From contig JBBQSV010000001.1 of the NCBI GenBank assembly GCA_038213615.1, positions 4,032 to 68,031 of the forward strand: DNA of 64,000 bases, written 5' to 3'. This document shows, piece by piece, positions 45,447 to 54,439 of this stretch (position 1 is its first letter; every line of letters starts with the position of its first letter). The position numbers and the translations under genes are program-made. This DNA is from Candidatus Saccharimonadales bacterium (GTDB taxonomy: Bacteria > Patescibacteriota > Saccharimonadia > Saccharimonadales > OMJO01). Under the pieces are notes generated by a model. The model made no database searches. It was not told the DNA's origin and was given only the letters and a program-made list of their open reading frames with translations.

Positions 45447-45499
45447 TAACCTACTGGGCTACAGGAGTTGTTTTTACCGCTTTTGACCACTCCTCCTAC

Positions 45500-45937
45500 C
45501 TATGCAGCGGCTAGGTGGCTCCGGAAAACACCCATGACATGTTCGGCATATGGATCTTCTGCCAGATTAGGTAGCGAAGGCTTGGAAAAATCTATAGCCA
45601 ATTTCATGTCCCCATCAGGGCGTTCTACGGTCATCTCTATTACATCTTCCCAAATTCTTGAAGCTGGCTTTTTGCGTAGTAGTCGTCTTGGTGGGTTATG
45701 CTCTAAAGTTCGCCGCATTACTACAAGCCCAAGTTCCGAATTGGCACGATGCCGTGCCCTGCCCTCTACCCGCGCCGTTATATTCACCTGCAAAGTTTGC
45801 GGATCATTATAAAACGCTGCGCATAGTTCAACATATCGCTTGGCAGCTTCAATAGCCCCTTGCTCAACGACAATTAACCCCGAGACCCCAAAGCCTGAGG
45901 GTACCTCTAGCATATCGGTAATTATTTCACTTGCCAT
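45500..45937 (-). CDS. hypothetical 145-aa Lys-poor protein
   Basis: Internal ATG 45937 (MASEIITDML) is preferred: ORF-track start 46078 overlaps the divergent gene, and a TATATT lies 6 nt upstream of 45937. Confidence 0.5.
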   Translation of the reverse strand: MASEIITDMLEVPSGFGVSGLIVVEQGAIEAAKRYVELCAAFYNDPQTLQVNITARVEGRARHRANSELGLVVMRRTLEHNPPRRLLRKKPASRIWEDVIEMTVERPDGDMKLAIDFSKPSLPNLAEDPYAEHVMGVFRSHLAAA

Positions 45938-46060
45938 GGTCGCAATATATTGCCACAATTTTAGAAGCAACGCAACCCTGCGTGACTGATTATCCCCGGT
46001 GGATATGTCGTTATTTCTGACACTTGCAGCAATTGATATAATTAACGTTGTAGACCCCTT

Positions 46061-46621
46061 ATGCTGGACAAAGAACAAACCACTAATTTACAAAAGTTTT
46101 TGCTGGTACTAGCTGTGGTGGTGGGTTACTGTCTGTATGCCATCCACAGCCTGGGCATTAAGAACGGCTTATCGGTCACGGCTTTGACTTGGGCGTTCTT
46201 TGTGTATTGCACACCAGTGGCCGATGCTGGGTTTTTAGTGGCCTTCCCCATCCGGCTGATTACCGGCATAAAAATACTGCAAACCCAGATTGCGGTATGG
46301 TTTGTGGCAGCCGGCATGGTAACCCTAGCATTCATGACCAATGTACATGTTTTTGACAAAACTCCCTTGCTACAGTTGTTTCACAAAATCATAGTCGACC
46401 CCTGGCCGTTGGGGCTCATAGTGGTGCTATCGTTTATAGGTACGTATGTAAACGTACTGTTTGACGACGACATACTAGATGTGGCTGGGGCCAGGCATAA
46501 ATCCAGCAAGCTCAAGTCTAAACGAGCAAAGATCTACACTATGATAGGCTTTTTTGCCGCCACCTTTGCCCTATATGCCCTACTACTGCACGTGACCCAC
46601 ACCAAAATCAAGATATTCTAG
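46061..46621 (+). CDS. integral membrane protein, unknown function
   Basis: Five to six TM helices; no motif recognised. Confidence 0.55.
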   Translation: MLDKEQTTNLQKFLLVLAVVVGYCLYAIHSLGIKNGLSVTALTWAFFVYCTPVADAGFLVAFPIRLITGIKILQTQIAVWFVAAGMVTLAFMTNVHVFDKTPLLQLFHKIIVDPWPLGLIVVLSFIGTYVNVLFDDDILDVAGARHKSSKLKSKRAKIYTMIGFFAATFALYALLLHVTHTKIKIF

Positions 46622-46977
46622 CCCCTGCGGCGGAGGCGCGCTAGCACACGGCGATGCAGACGCAGACTGCCCTGTTTTTCTTTGTACTTCTTTAGCTGGT
46701 TCTTTAGCTTGGCCTCTACGATATCTATCGCAGCAAACATATTTAGCGTGGCCTCTTTGGTGGCGATGGTTTCGCGGGGTAAATGCAGAACCACCTCGCA
46801 TTCGCACTGTTTTTTGTCTTTGGATTTGACCTCTTTTAGAATGACCTCGGCATGGGCGCTTTCACGGGCGTGGCGTGGCAAATATTTGTCCAGGTGGCCA
46901 ATTTTTTTGGTGGCGTATTTGGTAAGCTTATCGTCTAGTTTAAAGTGAACTCCGCTAACTTCTAATTTATTGATCAT
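46618..46977 (-). CDS. hpf: ribosome hibernation promoting factor (short HPF/RaiA family)
   Basis: S30AE-family N-terminus (LDDKLTKYATKKIGHLDKYL). Overlaps the serS stop by 4 nt. Confidence 0.85.
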   Translation of the reverse strand: MINKLEVSGVHFKLDDKLTKYATKKIGHLDKYLPRHARESAHAEVILKEVKSKDKKQCECEVVLHLPRETIATKEATLNMFAAIDIVEAKLKNQLKKYKEKQGSLRLHRRVLARLRRRG

Positions 46978-48272
46978 ATTTGCTCCTTGCCCGGCATAAA
47001 TGGTAGCAACACTTTGGGGATGCGCACATGGCCGTCTTTAGTTTGATAATTTTCTATGATGGCCACCATGATCCGCCCTAGCGCAAAGGCCGTGGCGTCG
47101 TTGGTGTGCAGAAACTCAGTTTTGCCACTGGCGCGTTTGACACGCGTCTTTAGGCTACGAGCCTGGAAATCAGTCATGTAGTCGGCAGTATGGGTTTCGC
47201 GGTACTTGTTTTGCCCTGGTACCCAAACTTCTATATCCACTCCGGCGGCATTTGGTTTGCCAATGTCGGCCGTACATTTATCTAGTACCTGATAATGTAG
47301 CCCCAGCTGTTGTACTAGGTATTCCTGGATGGCAATCAATAACTTATGCTCTTCTAGCCCCTTTTCGGCGGTAGAAAAAACTTCTATCTCTAGTTTGTCG
47401 AACTGGTGCAAGCGAATGATGCCCTCGGTATCTTTGCCATAAGTGCCGGCCTCTCGCCGAAAGCTGGTGGCGTAGGCCACGTAGCGGATGGGCAGCTCGG
47501 CCTCTGGTAAAACTTCGTCCATGTACATGTTGCACATGCTATGTTCGGCACTGGCGTTTAGCCACATTTCGTCATCGGCCAGTTTATAGGTGACTTCCTC
47601 GGCATTCAGCCGACCAGTGGCCTGGTAGGCTTTGGTGTTAACAAGTGCCGGTGGCAAAACTGGGATAAACGGTTTGGGGTCTAGATCCAGATTGTTGTCT
47701 TTGATGATTTTGGCAATCACTGGCTCGTCGGCCAAAGTCTGCATGGTCCACTGCATGATGGCCATTTGCAGCTCTACCAACCCGCCCTTGATGTAGGCAA
47801 ATCGACTACCAGCTACTCTAGCGGCACGTTGTTTGTCTATCAATCCGCGTGGCTCTGTTAACTCCCAGTGATTCTTGGGCGAAAAATCAAAATCTGGCTT
47901 GTTTCCTACGGTGCGTGACACCACGTTGTCGTTTTCGCTCTTGCCCACTGGTACGTGGTCTAATGGCATGTTTGGCACGGCTCTAAGTAGCTGTTGCAAC
48001 TCTTTGGCTAATGGCTCTAGTTCAGATTCTAGCTTGGCCAGATCAGTCTTGATCTTTTTGCCAGCAGCGATTTGATCGGCACTAGGTTTTTGGTCTGCTC
48101 CCAGCAAGGATTTGCTGTTACGCTGTTCACGAAGCTGATTGATCTTTTCTAATAACTCGCGCTGTTTTTTGTCTACCTCTAGTAGGCGGTCAATATCCAC
48201 CTTTTCGTTCTTTTGGGCAGATTTTTGTTTGACCAGTTCGGCGTTGGTACGAATGAACTGAATATCTAGCAT
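46974..48272 (-). CDS. serS: serine--tRNA ligase
   Basis: MLDIQFIRTN start, a coiled-coil arm and class II core motifs (FRREAG, HTNDATAFALGR). Confidence 0.97.
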   Translation of the reverse strand: MLDIQFIRTNAELVKQKSAQKNEKVDIDRLLEVDKKQRELLEKINQLREQRNSKSLLGADQKPSADQIAAGKKIKTDLAKLESELEPLAKELQQLLRAVPNMPLDHVPVGKSENDNVVSRTVGNKPDFDFSPKNHWELTEPRGLIDKQRAARVAGSRFAYIKGGLVELQMAIMQWTMQTLADEPVIAKIIKDNNLDLDPKPFIPVLPPALVNTKAYQATGRLNAEEVTYKLADDEMWLNASAEHSMCNMYMDEVLPEAELPIRYVAYATSFRREAGTYGKDTEGIIRLHQFDKLEIEVFSTAEKGLEEHKLLIAIQEYLVQQLGLHYQVLDKCTADIGKPNAAGVDIEVWVPGQNKYRETHTADYMTDFQARSLKTRVKRASGKTEFLHTNDATAFALGRIMVAIIENYQTKDGHVRIPKVLLPFMPGKEQI

Positions 48273-48381
48273 ACCCTAATTATAACGCATCTACTCTGAT
48301 CGGTTACTAAAGTGCACTTTACTAGATTTAAACTCCAGCAATTTCTATATTGTCAGATATAGATTAAATTTAGGGGAGATT

Positions 48382-49092
48382 ATGAGCCACGAAGTATCAA
48401 TCCATGACGCCCAAACCAGTATTTTGCGAGAGCTACTGTTTCACCCACACGCTGGCTACGCCAAATTGCAAAAGCCCACCGGCCTGGCCAGTGACCACTT
48501 TAACTTTCATATTTCTCGGCTGGTAGAACTGGGCTTGGTAGAAAAAGTATCGCGCGGGCTATACAAGCTAACTCCTCGCGGCAAAGAATACGCTAATCGT
48601 CTAGACACCGATAATAACACCGTAGAACGCCAGCCAAAAGCCGCCGTGATATTGGCCTTGGAGCGCAAAAATGGTAGCAAAAAAGAGTTTTTGTTTCAGG
48701 AACGGCTAAAGAACCCCTACTTTGGTTTTTGGGGTTTGCCTAGTGGCAAAATCCGCTGGGGCGAAACCATCACCGAAACGGCCATGCGCGAATCTTTAGA
48801 AGAAACTGGCCTAACAGCTGACTGGCGAGTAGCTGGCGTTTATCACGAACAATTTTTGCAAGAAGAGTCCCAGGAAATGCTCGAAGACAAAATATTTTTT
48901 GTGGTTCATGGCACTAACCCACGAGGTGATACGTTGGAGCGTTTTGAAGGCGGAGCTAATAAATGGATGACGTTTACCCAGGCCGACAAAAAAGACAAAA
49001 AGTTCGACAGCTTCAAGATGGAAATCGATATTTTAAATGCCAAAGACTGGTTAATCGAACGACGCACCACTTACAGCAAAGACGTGTTTTAG
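48382..49092 (+). CDS. winged-HTH + NUDIX hydrolase fusion
   Basis: N-terminal wHTH ([23 protein letters not shown]) and a Nudix box [23 protein letters not shown]. Confidence 0.8.
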   Translation: MSHEVSIHDAQTSILRELLFHPHAGYAKLQKPTGLASDHFNFHISRLVELGLVEKVSRGLYKLTPRGKEYANRLDTDNNTVERQPKAAVILALERKNGSKKEFLFQERLKNPYFGFWGLPSGKIRWGETITETAMRESLEETGLTADWRVAGVYHEQFLQEESQEMLEDKIFFVVHGTNPRGDTLERFEGGANKWMTFTQADKKDKKFDSFKMEIDILNAKDWLIERRTTYSKDVF

Positions 49093-49904
49093 GGTTTTTT
49101 CTTTTTGGACTTAGATTTTACATGCGCCAGTGTTAGTTCGGTGCGTTGGCGGGCATACAGGCAGTAGTCACACTCCCCACCCATGGCAGCAGTACCCACA
49201 GCTGGCATGTCGCCCTCCAAGCAGTCTTTCATCTTTTGAATGGTCGGCTCTACCCAACTATCATTGCCGGTGTACGGGATAACTATGGTAGTAAACTCTA
49301 CTTTGTTATAAAACCCATCTAGATCGGTGCGACCGTTGGCGTACACAAAGTAACCGGTGTCGTTAACTTTGAATCCGTTTTGTCGTAGCAGCCACTGATA
49401 GACTTCCATTTGGCGCTTGTAGCTAATCTGCCAATCGGCATCTAGAGTAATCTCTTTGTTCTTAGATGTAGCTTTGTAGTCCACCACAATTAGCTCGCCG
49501 TCGTCATTTATCCAAACATCATCCACCGCGCCAAAGATGTGCAGATTTGTTGGTTGATGCAACGCGGTTACACCGGTGAAGTTGTGTCGCCACTTGTCTA
49601 GGTCTTTGTGGGCAAACGGGATGGCCTTGATCTGATTGTCGGTCATCATTGGGTGCGGCTGGGCTTTTTGGCGGTAGTCATCAAACTCTTTTTTGAACAG
49701 TTCGTCTATAGCTTTGTTGATCTGAAACGGTGGCCCACTGGGTCGTTTGATCTTTAGCCGGGCATCTAACCAAAAACAACGCGGACACTGCATAAACAGC
49801 TCTATTTTGGATCGTGACAGCTTGAATAAATCAGCCTGCCCTGGCTGATATGGTTTGTTGCGCTCTGCCCAGTAATTTCCTGCCATAGAGGTATATTGTA
49901 ACAA
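49089..49904 (-). CDS. PD-(D/E)XK nuclease, Cas4/RecB-like with Cys cluster
   Basis: CPRC near the N-terminus, GAVDDV...VVDYKAT (D..DxK), QMEVYQWLL (QxxxY) and a C-terminal C...CDYC. Confidence 0.75.
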   Translation of the reverse strand: MLQYTSMAGNYWAERNKPYQPGQADLFKLSRSKIELFMQCPRCFWLDARLKIKRPSGPPFQINKAIDELFKKEFDDYRQKAQPHPMMTDNQIKAIPFAHKDLDKWRHNFTGVTALHQPTNLHIFGAVDDVWINDDGELIVVDYKATSKNKEITLDADWQISYKRQMEVYQWLLRQNGFKVNDTGYFVYANGRTDLDGFYNKVEFTTIVIPYTGNDSWVEPTIQKMKDCLEGDMPAVGTAAMGGECDYCLYARQRTELTLAHVKSKSKKKKP

Positions 49905-49939
49905 GCCGTAGACGACTCTTGGCTAAACTATGTGTTGTT

Positions 49940-50710
49940 TTATTTGGCCAGGCCGATGATCAGCACAGCAGCTAGAGCTACACGGCTAACTAGATTTACA
50001 AAAACGTGATTTCGCTCAACGAATAGGTAATCCTTGAAGGCTTTTTTGCCAGCTAAATTCATTTTGTAGTTCAAAGCGATAGCCACAACTGATAGCAGCA
50101 GGATTGCGAATGAAGCGTAAACGTACCAACTGGCCCGAATCATGCCATAAACCATGGTGCCCACACCACTGTTGGCTAGCCAAAACAGCGGCATCACCAA
50201 ACAAACAGCCGCCAAAATGTAGAACAACCAAGCTGACTTTTTAGTTACTACGGTCTGCTTTTCGGTAATCCACATTAGAATAAAGCCAATTGCTGTTAGC
50301 GTACCGGTCATCTTTAGCGCAGTTAAGTCGTGCCAACCATAAAGCATGCCAACTAAGGTGTAGATAGCCGTTCCAACAACGGCCATGTCGATCCAGCGCC
50401 ACAGGTTTACTTTGCCCTTTAGAACTTTTTGATAACTTTTTTGCCATTTGGTGGCGTTTAGTAGCGGTACAACGGCTGCCAGAACAAAGGTAACAACCAC
50501 AAACCACTTGATACTCAGGTCCATAACTAATTTGCTAGCTGGAACAATTTGCTGTTTGGCCAAGCTGTCTTGAGTTAGGTGGGCCAAGGTGATAGGAAAA
50601 GTCTGGTGACCCATAAAAACTCCGGCCAAAATTGCCGCTACCAAAAACAATACCCCGCTCGCCAAGTTTAGGCGCTGCAATTGCAGCTTGTAATCCACTT
50701 TCTTACTCAT
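49940..50710 (-). CDS. heliorhodopsin-like 7TM protein lacking the Schiff-base lysine (Arg instead)
   Basis: NLWRWIDMA, ILMWITEK and ERNHVFVNLVSRVALAA align from memory with the HeR motifs NIFRWVEYS, ILFGWLQEK and ERAYIVLSLVAKSALAW. ATG 50710 is preferred because a -10 box lies 7 nt upstream; ORF-track GTG is at 50716. Confidence 0.6.
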   Translation of the reverse strand: MSKKVDYKLQLQRLNLASGVLFLVAAILAGVFMGHQTFPITLAHLTQDSLAKQQIVPASKLVMDLSIKWFVVVTFVLAAVVPLLNATKWQKSYQKVLKGKVNLWRWIDMAVVGTAIYTLVGMLYGWHDLTALKMTGTLTAIGFILMWITEKQTVVTKKSAWLFYILAAVCLVMPLFWLANSGVGTMVYGMIRASWYVYASFAILLLSVVAIALNYKMNLAGKKAFKDYLFVERNHVFVNLVSRVALAAVLIIGLAK

Positions 50711-50717
50711 TGACACA

Positions 50718-50745
50718 ATAATAACACAATACTATCGACTGGCAA
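50718..50745 (-). promoter_or_regulatory. candidate promoter TTGCCA-16-TATTAT (leaderless)
   Basis: The -10 box ends 7 nt before ATG 50710. Confidence 0.45.
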
Positions 50746-50749
50746 CTAA

Positions 50750-51793
50750 TTAGCCAACCTCACCTATGAATGACTTAACTAAGGCCTTGTTGACGTCTTT
50801 TGGTTTAGTGATGCCCTGACCCATTAGCCACATCAACTTAACTTCGGCCGTTACATCAGTCATAATGCTGGCTTGGCCAGCTCCAGCTTCCAGAGCGGCT
50901 CGGCCAGTCTCGTAAATCTCGGGGACCGTTTTACCACCGATAAATTTAGTAGCAATCACGGCCGGCTTGCCTAGTTTAACTGTCTCTTCAATCACTGGTA
51001 GCAACGAATATTTACCCTCTGATGGTACATTACCGGCACCTAGTGACTTCAAGATCAACGCACTGCACTCATCGGAACGCACGATCGATAACAAAAGTTC
51101 CGGGTTTAAACCTGGTCTAACATTTATACTAACAATCCCGTTTGCAAAGTTAAGCTTTGGATTTAATCTAGATGGAGATAATTTAACGTTCTTCTTTTTA
51201 AGGGCCAAAGGGCTAAATGTAATATCGGTAGCCGAAATGTCCGCTAAGTGGGGAAAAGCCGGTGAGTCAAATGCATTAAACTTGGCCTCGCTAATCTTTA
51301 TAGTGCGGTTAGCTCGCAAGACTACAGCCGAAAATACAATCATTACCTCGGCAACCTTGCAATCAATGGCCTCCGTCAAAGTCCTAACCGATCGCTCTAG
51401 GTTTACTCTGGCATCATTACCCGGGTCTACCATTGGTAACTGCGAGCCCGTAAAGACGATGGGTTTTCCTAAAGAATCACCAAAAGCCATAGAAACGGCC
51501 GTTGCAGTGTAAGCCATAGTGTCAGTACCGTGAGTTACTAAGATACCATCATAACTAGAATAAAGTTCAGCGATTTTACGGATCAACAGCTGCCAGTTTT
51601 CGGGCGTCAAATTAGTACTATCTTTATTTAGCAAATCAACCACAGTCAGATCAATACCCATCTTCTGTAAACCTGGAACGTGTTCTAGTAGCTCTTCGGC
51701 TGATGTAGCTGGTGCTAGGGCGCCCTTGTCATTCGGCACCATAGCAATAGTGCCACCGAAACCGATTAGGACTATGCGTTTGTTGTTTGCCAT
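50750..51793 (-). CDS. ansA: type I L-asparaginase family protein
   Basis: GFGGTIAM and HGTDTMAYTA catalytic Thr motifs. Confidence 0.85.
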   Translation of the reverse strand: MANNKRIVLIGFGGTIAMVPNDKGALAPATSAEELLEHVPGLQKMGIDLTVVDLLNKDSTNLTPENWQLLIRKIAELYSSYDGILVTHGTDTMAYTATAVSMAFGDSLGKPIVFTGSQLPMVDPGNDARVNLERSVRTLTEAIDCKVAEVMIVFSAVVLRANRTIKISEAKFNAFDSPAFPHLADISATDITFSPLALKKKNVKLSPSRLNPKLNFANGIVSINVRPGLNPELLLSIVRSDECSALILKSLGAGNVPSEGKYSLLPVIEETVKLGKPAVIATKFIGGKTVPEIYETGRAALEAGAGQASIMTDVTAEVKLMWLMGQGITKPKDVNKALVKSFIGEVG

Positions 51794-51827
51794 TAACTAA
51801 TATGTTAAAGGATTCTGAGTTTTATGG

Positions 51828-52316
51828 CTAGCCTAGCGGTTGATAAGGTACGTGGCACATGCCACGACCAGTACGCTGGGCATATTTTTGGTGATAGTCT
51901 TCCGCTTCGTAAAATTCACTGGCCTTGGTGATTTCTGTAACAATTGGTTGTTCAAAGTCTTTTTGGCTAGACTGTTTTACTTGCTCTGCAATAACTTTTT
52001 GTTCGTCATCAAAATAATAAATGGCCGAACGGTATTGATCCCCAACATCTGGGCCCTGCCCATTTAACTGCGTGGGATCATGCATTCTAAAAAATTGCAT
52101 CAGAATGGTTTTGTAGTCCGTCCGTTTGGGGTCAAACTCTATTAGTACTGCCTCGGCATGGCCAGTATCTTTATAACAAACGTCCTCGTAACTCGGGCCG
52201 GTGGTGTGACCTCCTGTGTAACCTACTGTCGTCTTCATCACGCCTGGTACTTCGTCAAAGTAAAACTGAACTCCCCAAAAACACCCTGCCCCCAATAACG
52301 CTTTTTGATCAGCCAT
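51828..52316 (-). CDS. msrA: peptide methionine (S)-S-oxide reductase
   Basis: GAGCFWGVQ active-site motif. Confidence 0.93.
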   Translation of the reverse strand: MADQKALLGAGCFWGVQFYFDEVPGVMKTTVGYTGGHTTGPSYEDVCYKDTGHAEAVLIEFDPKRTDYKTILMQFFRMHDPTQLNGQGPDVGDQYRSAIYYFDDEQKVIAEQVKQSSQKDFEQPIVTEITKASEFYEAEDYHQKYAQRTGRGMCHVPYQPLG

Positions 52317-53845
52317 TACTTTTTAGGCTTCGATTGTTTTTTGAACACTTCTGGGTAGATGGATTTGGTGACTTCATCAACTTCGGAACGAAGTTGTGGA
52401 AATGGCACACCTTCGCGTGCAGTTACGCCCTCGAACATCCAAAATACACGTTCTGAATAACCAAGCCCACAAGTTGGCGGCATGCCGTATTCCAGCATTT
52501 CTACATAATCGACATCTAACATTTGAGCTTCACTATCACCTGCCTGCCGCATTGCTTCTTGTTCCAAGAATCTCGCTAGCTGATCTTGGGGGTCATTTAA
52601 CTCTGAATAGCCATTACACATCTCACTACCGGCAATGACGGCCTGGAAGCGCTGAGCACTGTCAGGGTCCTCGTCACTAACCTTGCTAAGCGGAGAAATA
52701 AACGCCGGTGTGTTGATTAGCCAAACAGGTCCAGCCACATCTTTGCGAATATTTTTCCAAAGCTTATCGATCCCACGAACTTTGTTGTCTGTTTGTTCGA
52801 CTTCTAGGTTATTCTTGGTCAACAGCTCCTTAACCTCAGCCAGACTACACTCGTGAATATCCAGATCGTAATGTTTCTTTAGCGTGTCGGCGTAATCCCA
52901 CTTTTCCCAAGACTTTTCCATATCAACTTCGTGACCATGCACTTTGAATTTCAGTGTGCCAAAGGTTTGCTTTAGCACATCCGTAAACATTCGCTCCATC
53001 ATAGCCATGCCGTCCTGCCAGTTAGCGTAAGCCCAGTACCACTCCATAGCCACGTGTTCTGGTAAATGCTCGTCGCTATAATTTTCATTACGAAAGCGTG
53101 GACCAATATCAAATACTTTTTCATAGCCACCACCAATAAGTCGCTTCAACGGCAACTCGTGGCTGATACGCAGATAAAAATCTTGATTCAGTGCATCCAT
53201 GTGAGTTACAAACGGAGTGGCATCTGCCCCGCCAGTGGTGTGTTCCAGCACTGGGATATTAATTTCTACAAAATCCTCTTTTTCTAGGAACTGCCGGGTA
53301 GCCTGCCAGAACTTACTGCGGCGCAAAAACCGCTCGTAAACATCACAGTTCACGTTAGTGTCTATGTAGCGGCGGCGCAGGCGCTCTTCTTTATTAGTAA
53401 AGCCGTCTTGGGCGCTGGGCATCGGCCGCAATGCTTTGGTTAGAATCCGCAATTTGCGCACGTTCACAGACACTTCACCAGTTTGGGTCTTTATGACCTC
53501 GCCGTCAGCCTGCACAAAGTCACCACTATCTAGAAAGTTCAATTCGTCTAGGCCTAGTTGACTATTTTTGGGGTCCAGTTTGGCAATCTCGCCGTCACGT
53601 ATAAATAACTGCAGACTGCCGCTAGCATCGCGGATCACCACAAAGGCAATTTTGCCAATTTTGCGGATGTTCACAATCCGACCCACAACAGATACAGATT
53701 TGCCCTCTAGCTTGGCAAAATCGTCAATAATTTGCCGATTGTGATGGGTGCGTACTGAGTCACTAGGGTACGGATTGACCCCCAATTTGCGTAGCTCATC
53801 TAGCTTGCGCAGGCGCTCGTTGCGGTAATCTTTTAGTGTAGACAT
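52316..53845 (-). CDS. lysS: lysine--tRNA ligase (class II)
   Basis: OB-fold N-domain and class II motifs (FRNE, ELNDP); about 500 aa. Confidence 0.96.
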   Translation of the reverse strand: MSTLKDYRNERLRKLDELRKLGVNPYPSDSVRTHHNRQIIDDFAKLEGKSVSVVGRIVNIRKIGKIAFVVIRDASGSLQLFIRDGEIAKLDPKNSQLGLDELNFLDSGDFVQADGEVIKTQTGEVSVNVRKLRILTKALRPMPSAQDGFTNKEERLRRRYIDTNVNCDVYERFLRRSKFWQATRQFLEKEDFVEINIPVLEHTTGGADATPFVTHMDALNQDFYLRISHELPLKRLIGGGYEKVFDIGPRFRNENYSDEHLPEHVAMEWYWAYANWQDGMAMMERMFTDVLKQTFGTLKFKVHGHEVDMEKSWEKWDYADTLKKHYDLDIHECSLAEVKELLTKNNLEVEQTDNKVRGIDKLWKNIRKDVAGPVWLINTPAFISPLSKVSDEDPDSAQRFQAVIAGSEMCNGYSELNDPQDQLARFLEQEAMRQAGDSEAQMLDVDYVEMLEYGMPPTCGLGYSERVFWMFEGVTAREGVPFPQLRSEVDEVTKSIYPEVFKKQSKPKK

Positions 53846-53895
53846 TGCTAATTAGTATACAGTCTTGGCCTGCGGTTTACAGCTGCTTTGACCAG

Positions 53896-54354
53896 CTAGC
53901 TGATTTCGGTAATTTTGTACTTGGTAGATTCGGCGGGAGTTTTGATCTCTACAGTGTCGCCCACGGTCTTGCCCATCAATGCCTTGCCAATTGGTGATTC
54001 GTCAGAGATCTTGCCGTTTAGCGGATCGGCCTCTACTGTGCCAACCACTTGCAAATCTTTGGTCTTGGCGCCAGATTTTAGCTTTACCTTAGAACCCAGC
54101 TGAACTTTGTTATCGCCCTTTGGTTTACCGATAACCTCCACATTGATCAAAATGTTGTCTATTTCGGCTATGCGGCTCTCGGCGCGCTCTTGTTCGTCAC
54201 GAGCAGCACCATATTCGGCGTTCTCTGTTAGATCACCGAATTCACGAGCTGTTTTGATACGATCAGCCACAGCCTCGCGCTGGGATATTAATTCAGCGTG
54301 CTCTTGCTCTAGCTCATCCACGCCCTCTTTAGTCAATTTAAATTGTTTTTTCAT
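53896..54354 (-). CDS. greA: transcription elongation factor GreA
   Basis: GDLTENAEY acidic finger tip and a C-terminal FKBP-like domain. Confidence 0.9.
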   Translation of the reverse strand: MKKQFKLTKEGVDELEQEHAELISQREAVADRIKTAREFGDLTENAEYGAARDEQERAESRIAEIDNILINVEVIGKPKGDNKVQLGSKVKLKSGAKTKDLQVVGTVEADPLNGKISDESPIGKALMGKTVGDTVEIKTPAESTKYKITEIS

Positions 54355-54439
54355 AATTAACCAACTCTCCAGTTACCATTTCATAGATGTTATCGGAGGT
54401 TTTTGTCTCTCTTTACGCAGGGATTATAGCAATTTGTAG

